A stretch of DNA of 64,000 bases from Eledone cirrhosa (taxonomy: Eukaryota), in NCBI GenBank assembly GCA_964016885.1, contig OZ024743.1:3534001-3598000 (forward strand), in the 5' to 3' direction. Shown in pieces: positions 41,603-55,734 of this stretch. Below the pieces are notes generated by a model that saw only the letters and a program-made list of their open reading frames with translations, did no database searches and was not told the DNA's origin. The position numbers and the translations under genes were made by a program. Within the stretch, counting starts at the first letter, position 1, and every line of letters begins with the position of its first letter.

Positions 41603-42097
41603 GCAAAAATGTGAAGAATAACATGGTCAACAGTACAAAAAAGGGGAATTTATTTACAGTCTAACAATTGTTTCACTGATTGAGTTGTCTAAAAATTGCT
41701 GAACACTAGAAGCTGTGCCACTCAATTTTAAATACGATGCTAGCTCAATCATGTCATCAGAAACAGTTTCTGATGACATGATTGAGCTAGCATCGTATTT
41801 AAAATTGAGTGGCACAGCTTCTAGTGTTCAGCAATTTTTAGACAACTCAATCAGTGAAACAATTGTTAGACTGTAAATAAATTCCCCTTATTTGTACTGT
41901 TGACCATGTTATTCTTCACATTTTTGCAATTTTATTACTCCAAGATAAACTTACAAAGGAATACAAGTTAAATCATAAACTCGCCACCTACGTAAACCTC
42001 TTGTTGAGTCAAACAAAGCCGTACGCTAAAACTATCCATAATAGGAAGTATTCACAACCTCTAACTGGATTACCTATAACGATATTTTGTTATCCCT
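41596..42097 (+). mobile_element. Family A fold-back element with two inverted hammerheads (41657-41767 minus, 41763-41874 plus)
   Basis: ~170-bp near-perfect hairpin centred at 41765; ACAGTTT CTGATGA catgattgag..ctcaatcagt GAAAC AATT GTT AGACTGT; (TA)n on both sides. Confidence 0.85.
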
Positions 42098-42130
42098 TAT
42101 ATATATATTTATATATATACATATATATAT

Positions 42131-42321
<191 letters not shown>

Positions 42322-42431
42322 CATACATATTTATATATATAAATATATATAGGAAAGTAAATAAAGTAAATAACAACAAAGAAGTACAGTTACGAAAGGT
42401 ATTAGGTTCATGCTTGAGAGTGATGGTGGGT

Positions 42432-43427
<996 letters not shown>

Positions 43428-43457
43428 CATACATACATACATACATACATACATACG

Positions 43458-43489
<32 letters not shown>

Positions 43490-43494
43490 TATAT

Positions 43495-44376
43495 AGAATT
43501 AATACATCTACCAACATATGCGTACAGATGTACACTAATACTAGTAAATATATAAGTTATGTCATAGTACCTAGGTGGTTCAATGCAGGGGGATGCAGAA
43601 CAATTATATGAAAGACGTAAAATAAGAAAATTAAAAAAATTAAAAATTAACTTACTTACTAAAATTTTCACTCCAACTAATTAGTTTCTGTAATGGGATA
43701 AATATAGTTACACAATGTAACTATCGAGAATTCATTACGTCATCAGGAAGTCTATTCTCAGCTAAGTTCCCAGGCAATGCGCGGACACTAGGAACTCATA
43801 TAAAAATAATAATTCAGTGGATGTAGTAAGTAAGTTAATTGTTAATTTTTAAAATTTTCTTATTTTACGTCTTTCATATAATTGTTCTGCATCCCCCTGC
43901 ATTGAACCACCTAGGTACTTTGACATAACTTATATATTTACTAGTATTAGTGTACACCTGTACGCATATGTTGGTAGATGTATTAATTCTATATATTTAT
44001 CTCCAAATTATTTGTTGAGCAAACTTGCCAAATCTACTGCTAATTCATAGTAGTAGTAGGCTTTGTCATAATACCACCCCACTCCTAACTGACTAACCTC
44101 GGTGTCACGTGATTGATTCTTTAGAATACACCACTGACCAGAGGCAGTGAACTTTTTCAGTGCTATGGAATTTAGTCCCCGCTAGCTTATTACATCCACT
44201 GAATTATTATTTTTATATGAGTTCCTAGTGTCCGCGCATTGCCTGGGAACTTAGCTGAGAATAGACTCCCTGATGACGTAATGAATTCTCGATAGTTACA
44301 TTACAGAAACTAATTAGTTGGAGTGAAAATTTTAGTAAGTTAATTTTTAATTTTTAAAATGTTCTTATTTTACGTC

Positions 44377-44381
<5 letters not shown>
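43495..44381 (+). mobile_element. Family I retrozyme-like element: inverted part (43495-43824) + slightly more than one tandem unit (43825-44381); HHRs 43670-43752 minus, 44265-44324 plus
   Basis: Direct repeat TATTTTACGTCTTTCATAT at 43861 and 44366; ACTCC CTGATGA..GAAAC TAATTA GTT GGAGT; no ORF. Confidence 0.8.
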
Positions 44382-44446
<65 letters not shown>

Positions 44447-44449
<3 letters not shown>

Positions 44450-44682
44450 GTTACACAACATTTAATTCACCATACCGAGAACAATTGTTTCACCTCAGCG
44501 GATCCTCAGTTCGTAATGGACATGGTGCAATGGACCATGTCCATTATGAGCTGAAGATCCGCTAAGGTGAAACAATTATTCTCGGTATGGTGAACTAACT
44601 GTTGTGTAACCACTTCTACCTAACTCGTCCCTTGGACTGAGTGCTCTACAACTACAGATATTACCTTCCAGTGTTCTTCCAC
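44447..44682 (+). mobile_element. Family J fold-back element with two inverted hammerheads (44477-44513 minus, 44548-44583 plus)
   Basis: ~80-bp arms; GAG CTGAAGA tccgctaaggt GAAAC AATT (A/G)TT CTC; CTGAGTGCT downstream. Confidence 0.8.
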
Positions 44683-44721
<39 letters not shown>

Positions 44722-44810
44722 ATATATATATAAAAGTTTATCCCGGATTCAATCGAGGGTAACCTAATGAAACAGTTCTAGTCTTGTAGAAACTAGTTCT
44801 ATATTAAATA

Positions 44811-45697
44811 CGAGTTGGGTCAGAAAAGTTCCAGGACTGATGTCACAAAAGATTTATTTTAAACACAAACTTCACACTAAGAGTTTTCTCCTTCAAAGTA
44901 ATCCCCCTGGAGTATGTAACTGTAATCTTAGCTCTCTGCAGCGATCAAACTTTTTTCTCCATAGTTTTATATACATGTCCTCTGTTTCAGGTCGTCAAGC
45001 AATGAGCACAGAGCAACGAACAAACTCCGTCAGAAGCACTGGGATTGCTGCAGCAAGTGTATGGAGATGAGACGATGTAACGCTCACGTGTTTTTGAATG
45101 GTGCAAGAGGTTTAAAGAAGGACGCGAGGACGTGGAAGATGACCCCAGGAGAGGAAGGCCCTCAACAACCATGACTGAGGTTAACGTTGAGCGCGTCAGG
45201 CAGATGGTGCGTAGCGATCGTCGGCTGACTGTTCGACTGATGGCAAATGAACAGGGCATGAATCGGGACAGCGTCTGGAAGATTCTCACTGAAGATTTGG
45301 ACATGCGGAAAGTCTGCGCGAAGATGGTACCAAAACTGCTGTACGATGACCTGAAGGGTCGACGCATGCAAGTGTGCCAGGACATCCTTGAGCGTCTTGA
45401 AACCGAACCAGAATTGCTAGGGACAGTCATCACCGGTGATGAGTCATGGATCTTCGAGTACGACCCGGAAGGGACCCGTTTTGAAGACATGGACGACATC
45501 AAAAAGGCCGTGACGACGGAACTGCGGAGAATCCCGGAAGAATCCTCCCGGGAGTGCATGCAAGCGTGGCAGAAAAGGATGGAAAAGTGCATTAGACTCC
45601 AGGGGGATTACTTTGAAGGAGAAAACTCTTAGTGTGAAATTGGGGTTTGAAATAAATCTTTTGTGACATCAGTCCTGGAACTTTTCTGATCCACCTC

Positions 45698-45698
<1 letters not shown>
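44811..45698 (+). mobile_element. Internally deleted mariner transposon
   Basis: ~40-bp TIRs, TA TSD; ORF remnant 45132-45632 with EDDPRRGRP, KVCAKMVPKLL, TGDESW, YDPE fused directly to the C-terminal GTRFED. Confidence 0.92.
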
Positions 45699-45738
<40 letters not shown>

Positions 45739-45743
<5 letters not shown>

Positions 45744-46615
45744 GACGTAAATAAGAAAGTTATGAAAATTGACTTACTTACTAAAATTTCACTCCAACTA
45801 ATTAGTTTCTGTAAGGGGATAAATACAGTTATGTAATACCTGTAGAGAAGCCTTACGTCATCAGGGAGTCTATTCTCAGCTAAGCCACCAGGCAATGCGG
45901 GGACACTGGAAGCTTATATATCAATAATTCAGTGGATGGAAAAAAGCGAAAAAATCGAGCGGGGCTAGATTCTAAGCCACTGAAAAATTCGCTGCCTTCT
46001 TGGTCAAGTGGCAAATTCAAAAGAATTAATCACGTGACACTGAGGTTAACCAGCTTGGAGTGGGGGTGCTAATTAAGACAGAGCCTAGCCACTACTATCA
46101 GTCACAGTAGTAATTTGGCAAATTTTGCTCAACAAATAATTTGGAGAAGAATATAAAGAATTAATATATCTACCGACATATGTATACAGATGCATACCTA
46201 CGCTAGCAGATATATATGTTTTGTCTTAGTAACGTTGTAGTTCTATGCAGGGGAATGCAGAACAATTATATGAAAGACGTAAATAAGAAAGTTATGAAAA
46301 TTGACTTACTTACTAAAATTTCACTCCAACTAATTAGTTTCTGTAAGGGGATAAATACAGTTATGTAATACCACCCCCTGATGACGTAAGGCTTCTCTAC
46401 AGGTATTACATAACTGTATTTATCCCCTTACAGAAACTAATTAGTTGGAATGAAATTTTAGTAAGTAAGTCAATTTTCATAACTTTCTTATTTACGTCTT
46501 TCATATAATTGTTCTGCATTCCCCTGCATAGAACTACAACGTTACTAAGACAAAACATATATATCTGCTAGCGTAGGTATGCATCTGTATACATATGTCG
46601 GTAGATATATTAATT

Positions 46616-46618
<3 letters not shown>
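45739..46618 (-). mobile_element. Family I retrozyme-like element, second locus: 532-nt tandem unit + inverted segment; HHRs 45791-45869 minus, 46374-46450 plus
   Basis: 45739-45840 repeated directly at 46271-46372 (532 bp apart); 46374-46618 inverted; (TA)n on both sides. Confidence 0.82.
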
Positions 46619-46679
<61 letters not shown>

Positions 46680-46685
<6 letters not shown>

Positions 46686-48932
46686 TAACAGATTAAAGTT
46701 TAAGCAAAGAATCGCTGCTTTCACCCTTAAAGGGATCTTCTGAAACAAAAAAAGTCAATCTGTGAACGCAGATGTAAATATTTCAAAAAACGTTGCAACC
46801 GGAGGAAGACAGGAAGACGATACTTTGGTTCGTGGAAACGTTCCCTGGCAAAGAACGGGAAAAAACAAAGATAAACGTCATTATTTGGAGCGGTGAAAAA
46901 CAATTACACGCAAAGACAAAACCACGTTTATAGTATAAAAGAAGTCGTAGACTAATATTCTATTAGGTGGTTCATGGTCGAGGTAATCAACGACCGAGAG
47001 GTTGGCCTCAACCTGTATGGAGAGGTTGAAGCCTTTAAAGAAGGCTGTGAGTTCTTTTCTGAACCTGTCGCAAGCACGTGGGCCGCACTTTGTCATGGTC
47101 AAAAGACCATCAGCACGGTACAAACCACCGCCCACGTTAGGGAATTCTTCCTTGATAGAGAAAAGAAGGAAAAGGCCGATAAGATCAGTAACCTCCGCAG
47201 AATCGCTGGCGCCCATACTCACGTGAATGGGGTACTATTAGATTTTTTAATCCAAATAGAGTCGTCGAAATTAATCACCGACTTACGGGCATTGAGGATG
47301 ACATCAAATTCGAAATCCTTAACCACTGTGAGTGTTTTAGCGAAATTGATAGCTCTAAGGAGAAGTAATTATTGATGTCGAATTGGATAAAACGACAATG
47401 TTGCTTGTTGCATATGCCGTTGAACCAATCAATCACCGCGAAAGAATTGTTCCACAGTGCAAGAGGGGCCAGACTTCTAATTTCAGGTATAATTCTATCA
47501 AGAATCCTTTTACTAAGTCTACCTAAATCGGACTTCGTAGGGTTAATGAGCCGAACAGAGGTGTTGTTCGGAAAATTGGATTTGTGATCCTATTCATTTT
47601 CCTAGTTAGAATTTTAGTCTACAACTTTTTTTTTTCAATACCGGACTTACAGTTTTCCAGGATTTATACACATTTTTTATTTATTTATTTTTTTTCCTTC
47701 AAAAGGATGGAGGCGTTTTATCTCCTCATGAAACTGACATTACTTAATGATGTTAGTCATCTATGGCTTATTCATATGTATTATTTCATAACTCTATATA
47801 ATACATATGAATAAGCCATAGATGACTAACATCATTAAGTAATGTCAGTTTCATGAGGAGATAAAACGCCTCCATCCTTTTGAAGGAAAAAAATAAATGT
47901 ATTATTGTATGTATTATTGTATGTATTATTGTATGTATTATTGTATGTATTATTTCATAACTCTATAAAGTAGAAACAATTATCGTTAAAAAGTAGAAAC
48001 AATTATTTCATAACTCTATAGAACTATTAGAATGTTTCTGCAGTGTTCTGTGTCCAGCCAAGTTTGTACAACAGGTAAGAAAAATGATGATTCGGTGACG
48101 GTTTCTTCTGATAGGAGCCTCTTCCACGTCAGAAGATCGAAGTGTGTTTTCTTGTCTTCTTCAATACTTTCATAAGCGGCTTTGGAGATTTAAAACTTAT
48201 GTTTCAATTGGTGCTTCCATTTCCACACGGTTCTATTGTCTTATTTACAAAAATATATATTTCTATATATTTCTTTATTTATTTCTCTTCTTTTAGTATA
48301 ATATAGCGAGTTGTCACCAGTGATGTTTGAAGTTCCTTTTGTAATGTTTATCAGTGATTGACCAACAATTAAAACTATAGATATAAATATAGCTTCTCAA
48401 GAAATAGTATGAGAAAACATAAGTTTGAAGTAAATGTTAGTGAATTGAATGGTCTAAAACACAGCTTTCCTCTTTCTCCCCGCTCATGTTTTGTCTTGTT
48501 TTCTTCGGATAGAACGTATATTTGGAGCGGTGAAAAACAATTACACGCAAAGACAAAACCACGTTTATGGTATAAAATAAGTCATACCATAAACGTGGTT
48601 TTGTCTTTGCGTGTAATTGTTTTTCACCGCTCCAAATAATGACGTTTATCTTCGTTTTTTCCCGTTCTTTTCCATGGAACGTTTCCACGAACCAAAGTAT
48701 CGTCTTCCTGTCTTCCTCCGGTTGCAACGTTTTTTGAAATATTTACTTCTGCGTTCACAGATTGACTTTTTTAGTTTTAGAAGATCCCGTAAAGGGTGAA
48801 AGCAGCGATTCTTTGCTTAAACTTTAATCTGTTATTTTAATAAATATTTGCTCTACGGTTCTTATATATTTGATATATTTATCCTTATTGAGCCCTCTTT
48901 GGATTTTAGTCTTCAAATTTATTATTATTACT
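46680..48932. mobile_element. Composite PLE locus: inverted family E arms (46680-46940 / 48590-48845) enclosing a PLE RT fragment and two more hairpins
   Basis: Arms are reverse complements; extra hairpins at 47680-47898 and 48518-48639. Confidence 0.7.
46965..47585 (-). pseudogene. PLE (Hydra-clade-like) reverse transcriptase fragment
   Basis: NFPNNTSVRLINPTKSDLGRLSKRILDRI..IDWF..FIQFDI and MGASDSAEVTDLIGL..GLYRADGL..VVDYLD. Confidence 0.8.
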
Positions 48933-48944
48933 ATATATATATAT

Positions 48945-49133
48945 GGCGGTGAATTGGCAGTATCGGTAGAGGGTCGGACGCCATGCTTTGACGCATAGAA
49001 TTACGGTCCTTGCCATTCTGAGTTCAAATCCCACCGAGGTTAACTTTGCCTTTCATCCTTACGGGGTCGATAAAATAAAGTACCAGTAATGTACTGGGTA
49101 ATTGCTGGCCTTGTGCCAATAGTAGAAACAATT
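48945..49133 (+). mobile_element. tRNA-derived SINE S1
   Basis: Full-length copy of 295-481. Confidence 0.85.
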
Positions 49134-49134
49134 A

Positions 49135-49168
<34 letters not shown>

Positions 49169-50189
49169 ATAGAAAAAAGTGATTCTAAATATATTTTGGA
49201 GCCACTCAGTCAAGGATGGAAAGATTCATTTCGGAAGTAACTTGAAGCAGTCAATCACACGATCAGTCTGACAGTCAAATGTCAGTCCGACTGTCGTCTG
49301 TCAGTCTATAGGATCTCTATAATTATATATTTACATTTTGGACTATCGTTCTTTTTTTTCTTGAATCCGTTGCCAAGGATCTTTCATTGCGTTTCTTTTA
49401 CAGCTTACCGATCAATGGTCAACGATAAAAAAAAAGAAACAATGATAAATAAAACCAGAGAAAAAAAACAAAAAACAGCAACCCAGAAATAAACAAATAA
49501 TAAACAAAAACAGAAACCATAGTGGTATATTCTCCATTCCCACCCTCCGTCATAGCTACCTTCTATCATAAATTAAAAGACTAACATCCAAGCGTCTTGA
49601 ATTAGAATACATTTAACTGATAACAGATTATAAAAGATGAGAACGTGAGCGGACGTCAGACACATTCTCAGAGACAGTCTCCGTCCACACTATTCGAAGC
49701 TTCAGCAACAACGGCAACAACACCCATAGCAAGCAGTGTCAACAACAGCATCGCCATCAACATCATCATCAAGCGTTAAGATTCTTTTAATCGACAATAA
49801 AACAAAACAGAACTACGCACAAAGAAAAGGAAAATAAAAGAAACAATATAGGGATAGCAGGTCAGAAGAAAGAAAGAAAAGGAACAAGTGAGAGAATATG
49901 TTTGAATGTATGGAAGTATGTATGTATGTATGTATGTATGTATGTATGTATGTATGTATGTATGTATGTATGTATGTATGTATGTATGTATGTATGTATG
50001 TATGTATGTATGTATGTATGTATGTTTTGGTTGCCGACTCTGTGCAAGACATTTTAGATCATTGTCTGGGCTAAAAACCCACATTCGATCGCAGCGCTGT
50101 TAGTTGCTATCGTGTGTGTGTGTAAATATATATGTATATGTATATTATTATTGTTGTTGTTGTCGTTATTATTATTGTTGTTGTTATTA

Positions 50190-53100
50190 TTAAACCATCG
50201 CCACCACCTTCACCAAAACGAAAACAAATAAAACCACACCAACAAAATGTTAAAAACTTCGTGCTTGTCAGAAGGGCCAATGATAAACTGATGGCCCTCT
50301 TAGCGCGAAGCGAGGACATTCAAACAGAGGGGGAGATTTTTAAAATGAGCACATTTTGCGTGCCAGAAGATTTGGTTCTGGTCCGAATGTCACTCAATTC
50401 CTTCAAAGAAATTCGAGAGAGCTTTCCTCAAGACGTGGGAACCCCGAATGTGAAACCCACATCAAGACTTTTAAAGGCGTTCCCAAAAGAAACCCCACCA
50501 ACCATGGAGGTCGAACCACCCGACCTTCACAAGACCCGGGAGGTAAGTAAACCTTCCCTCTCTCTCTCTTAGCTTACCAATATGGCCATATTAAGAGTAG
50601 GAAGTTTAAATGTTCGCGGCCTGGGGTCACCCTGGAAGCAGGGTCGCCTGCTCAACGACCTCCGGTCGCTGGAAATGGATGTGATTGCCGTAAGCGAGAC
50701 CAGAATTTCCGACACGCGCGCACTAGCCCCCATTTTCAACGACTATCAGATCTTCGCATCTGTTAGCAGGCCGGGAATGGGGGATGGGGTGGCAGTGCTG
50801 TTTAGGAAAGGACTGGATCTCGAGGTAAGGTCGATCTTCCGGGACCCGGACGGTAAGTTGGTGGTCTTGGATGTGAGCAGTAGCGAAGGTGGTGCCTTTA
50901 GACTGCTGGCCGTCTACGCCCCTACAGGGGCCGGACGACCTGACTTCTTTAGGCGCCTGGAGACCTTTCTGGGTACGTCTCGCCCTTTATTGTTAGCGGG
51001 GGACTGGAATGGCATCTTAGACGCACGCTGGGATTGTGTGGGAGTAGCCAATAGGAGCAGGGGGTGCAAAAGCCTCAAGCACCTACTCAGCCAGTTCCAA
51101 CTGTCTGACAGGTATCGACTAGATTTCCCCAATGTGCCAGTATGGACATGGACCAACCGAATGGGGTCATCTAGATCGTATATAGACAGGATCTTCATTA
51201 GGAAAATAGATAGAAATAGTGTGGGCTGTCCACTTTTTAAAACGGTCGCCTATTCAGATCACAAATTTGTGATCTGTACGGTCGACCTAAATAAAACGCG
51301 TAGGTTAGGACCGGGTTACTGGAAGCTGAACATGTCATTTCCGGCACGTAAGGCTTACAGGGACCGAGTCAACAATTTAGTTAAGCAAAAGTTGACAGGG
51401 GGGATCATCAACAACAGATGGTGGGGGGCTCTCAAAAGAGAGATTAGAGTAACTTCGATAGAATTCAGCAAAGAACTAGCGTTAGAGAAAAATAGAAAGG
51501 AGGGGGAGCTGGTAGATAAGTTAGACGAGGCTATTTGTAGTGGCATCGTAACTGACGTGATAGCGGCGAGAATGGCATTAGACTATTTCATCAACGCCAA
51601 ACACGAAGGTTGCATTGTCAGAGCTAAGGCGCGTGCGCTGAGAAACGAGGGAACTAAAGCTGTTCGATGGGCCCGCGTGGCGGAGGCGCAGCGTGGTAAT
51701 AAAACCACAATTCGGTCCTTGGCGGACCGAGACGGACACGAGATAAGCGATTCCAAGCGGATGTGTGAGGCCTTTCGCCAGCACTTTGCTCGGTTGTTCA
51801 GGGAGAGTGGCGAGTCAGAGAGAGTAGCGGATTTCAGTCCCTACATTGACGGCTTGCCGCGCATCTCGACGGTCGACTCAGAGCGCTGCGAAAGGACGAT
51901 TACTTCAGCCGAAATTCAGGACGCCCTTGTCGGTTGCATGAGGCGCAAGTCACCCGGTTTGGATGGCCTGCCCTACGAGCTTTACATAAATATGCCAGAC
52001 TTGTTCTCCGAACTCCTCGAAGCACTCTACTGCAACTGGCAGCAGAATGGGAGTATTCCCAGTTCTGTGAGCAGGGGAGTGGTGACGCTGATAAGGTAAG
52101 ACGAGAACAAGAGGGATACATTAGACAACTTCAGGCCCATAACTCTTAACAGAGTTTAAGGCCCATAAGACAACTTCAGGCCCATAACTCATAACAGAGT
52201 TTAAGATTTTGGCCAAGGTGTTAGCAAAGAAATTGGCGCTTGTCGTCGAGGATTTGGTTGGGGAGGCGCAAACTTGCGCAATCCCAGCCAGGTCCATACA
52301 CGACAATCTCCACCTCATGCGATACATCATAGAGAGGGTAGGGTGTAAACCTGGCTTCGATGGGGCACTGATCAATTTAGATCAATCGAAAGCATTCGAT
52401 AGGGTCGACCATCGGTATCTGGAGTTTGTCCTCAAAGCAGCTGGCTTCGGCCCTGTCTTTAGAAGCTGGATCGTTGCAATGCACAGCGGCACACGCTCGG
52501 TGGTCAAGGTTAATGGCCACCTCTCGGAACCATTTCGGCTCTCCCGATCGGTCCGTCAAGGGTGCCCTCTCTCTTCCCTTCTGTACGTATTGACTCTCGA
52601 GCCTTTACTGCGGAAGCTGGAGCTGTTGCAGGGCATCCTGTTCGAACCGGGACGTGGAAAGGCGGTGTCGGCTTATGCAGACGACATCACCGTGATGGTG
52701 TCGAACACCTCAGAAATCGAGGTGGTCGGCACCTTACTGAAGGAATATGAAAGGTTGACAGGAGCCAAACTTAACCCGGAAAAGTCTGTGGGCTTGCAGC
52801 TCGGAACCTGGAGAGGCAAGCCCATGCCGTCCAACAGCGTCGTGGGGCGCTGGACGGACGGACCGGTAAAGTTGCTCGGGGTTTGGTTCGGACCAGACCT
52901 CCAGGTGGAAAAGAATTGGGACGAGGTAATGAGCAGAGTAGCCAGTCTCACCCCAAAATGGGCTGGGAGGAAGCTATCACTGAAAGGTCGCGCGGAGGTG
53001 GCGAATGCGTACATCGCGTCCGTCATCTACTACCGCCTAACAGTCGTGCCTTGCCCCCGTCCGCGCCTCGTCAAGTTGGAACGGCTCCTCTTCAAATTCT

Positions 53101-54345
53101 TGTGGAGGGGACAAGTTCCGTTGGTGAGGCGGTCCATCTGCTGCCAGCACCCTCTACGCGGAGGGCTGGGCATGCCGTGGCTAATGTAACGCAGACATGC
53201 GTTGAGGCTGCGACATCTCCAGATATTCTGCCTCAATGGTGAACAGGTGTGGTCGCCGTTTATCAGACGGGCCTTTCCGCAGCTCATTTCTTTGACTGAG
53301 CTGCAGTCCTGGGTCAAGAAGAGACCGAGACTGGCTGACTGGCACCTGGAATGTTGCCAGGCACTCACTGCCCTCTACCAAGCGGGCAATGCGATCAGTG
53401 GAACTTCCACTCTCGAGTTCTATAGAGGATTAGTGGTGGGCAAGTGCGATGACGAACTCGGAGAAGCTTTGGGCCTCGACGAAGTCGAACTGACTAGTCT
53501 GTACCGGAGGACTTTTGAGCCGGGGACGCTGGACAATTTCCAGAAATCCCTCGCTTGGCAGTGCTACCAGGGGGCACTGCCGGTTCGGGATAAACTCTAC
53601 AGGCACGGAAGTGCTGTCAGACAGACCTCCCCAAGATGCGCACAGAACGACGAAACCGTTCTGCACGCACTTGTCCAATGTCCGTGCATTACTGACTTGT
53701 GGAGATATGTCGAACAGCTACTGTCGCGTGTGGAACGAATCCGGCTATCGGCCGAGTCCATAGTGAAGATCGAGCCGCCACCTTCCTTAGGTCAGGAAGG
53801 GCAGGACATTTTCCTCTGTCTGGTGGCAGTTGCGAAAGAGATTATATGGTGGACCAGGTTGAAAGGACTAAAGACAGACACTTTTCTCTTCGGCCAATCC
53901 CTCATCAACTTCTTCAAGTTTCACCTGGAAAGGAAGGTGAGGGTGGAGAGAGAAGTGCTGCCCCCCAGTACATTTGCTAAAAGGTGGGTGAATGTGGCGA
54001 GAATGGCTCGTGTGAATGGGCCTACTCTGACCATGCACCTATAGGCTGGCTAACTTGAGGAGAGGGGTGCTCTCCCTGGGTGCCCTAGAAGCGCAGGCTG
54101 GTTCAGGATTGGTGGGGTACCCGAATCACCCCAGGGTCGTCCACCCCCTATCGGGGAATTTATTTTGTTATATTTATGCATAGTTTATTTTATATTTTTA
54201 TATTTTCATTGTTAAATTAGTCTTGCCATTGTGCACTTTTACTCGACCTTATTGTAAACCCCCACTGTCCCTGTCTTTGTATTGTCCCCTACATGTCTGC
54301 CCTTGTGGCTAATAAATGAAATCATTATTATTATTATTATTGTTA
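50190..54345 (+). mobile_element. 5'-truncated Tx1/L1-clade LINE in (ATT)n context
   Basis: ORF1 tail, disrupted ORF2, 3' UTR with AATAAA and (ATT)n tail; ATT/GTT repeats at the 5' junction. Confidence 0.9.
50582..54044 (+). pseudogene. LINE ORF2 (APE-RT-CCHC), disrupted by stops (~52097, ~53187) and a ~45-bp tandem duplication (52123-52206)
   Basis: Colinear and highly similar to the ORF2 at 9138-12570; YADD and DQSKAFD present. Confidence 0.92.
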
Positions 54346-54474
54346 TTAATGTATATGTGTGTATGTATATATATACGTGTGAATATATATATATACATAT
54401 ATATATTTCTTTTTTTTTTGTTTTATTTAATTTTTTATTTACTTATTAATATATATATATATATATATATATAT

Positions 54475-54715
54475 GTAAAAGTTCTATTTAAATTGTTGGG
54501 ATACAACAAGCAAATATTTTTATAACTGATATAAAGCACTCAACAAATATTTGGAGTAAAAATACGATATTAACAAATGGAAACTATATTTATAAAACCA
54601 TATTTATTTCATTATACATATTTCAAGGACACCAAGTTAAATTATGCTGCTTGCATCAGATAAAATATAATATAGATAAGTTTTATAAATAAATATTGAC
54701 ATACCCTTAAAAAAT
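54475..54715 (-). mobile_element. Family C element with degenerate hammerhead (CTGATGC; 54604-54668)
   Basis: Homologous to 20452-20680 and to the reverse complement of 20245-20400. Confidence 0.72.
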
Positions 54716-54853
54716 ATATATATATATATTTTTTTCTTCTCGTGCAATGGCCATACTCGATAACGAGGGGGGCAGCCATCATGTATGTATGTATGTATGT
54801 ATGTATGTATGTATGTATGTATGTATGTATGTATGTATGTATGTGTGTGTGTT

Positions 54854-54884
<31 letters not shown>

Positions 54885-55676
54885 TTGTGTGTGTATGTGT
54901 GTGTGCGTATATATTTATATATGTGTGTGTGTATGTGTGCATGTAAGTATGTTTATACACATGTAAGTATATACGTATATATATATGATGGTATACATGT
55001 AAGTATATATGTATATATATATATGATGACTGCAAACTCTGCTAAAAGTATTGCAATCGCTTGTCAGATTCAGATGTGTGATGCTCGGATATGGCTTTTC
55101 AAGCCTGCTAGAGACTGCACTCCTTCGTACATAGTCGACAACTATACACACACACACATATATAGTAGAGAGTCGGTGCCCAACAACTGAGCACTTACCG
55201 TTTCGACAGCAATATACAGAGCTAGTTTATGCAGTTGTTTTGCGAAATTCTTGATGTAAAATCGTGTTTTTAAACAGATATTGTTATACTTTGGGAGGGA
55301 CAGCACCATTTGAGTTTCATCACTTCAGTTTCTTAGTTGGGTAACTAATCCATTCCTCGGCTATTTCAATAACCAGATGGTTGGTTAATTGTTAATTGCT
55401 AAATTGTTAAAGCTCTTTCGTCACATACTGCAACCTCATCTATTGTTACTCTCTGTCTCCAATTTCTTCTATTTTACCCATCAATATATCTATATATTGA
55501 GTATCTACGTTAAGAAGACCGAGAAGACTTCAAATATCAGAGTAGTACTCGATGCATAGTAGGATGTAGAGTGGTTCTATTAATACGGTAGAGATTCCAT
55601 CGAAGTTAAGTTGAAACTGAATGAGCTCGCAGTCAAATCTCGATATTATTAATCTCCCCCCCCCACTCTCTCTCTC

Positions 55677-55707
<31 letters not shown>

Positions 55708-55734
55708 TTTAATATGATATATATGTATAACATG

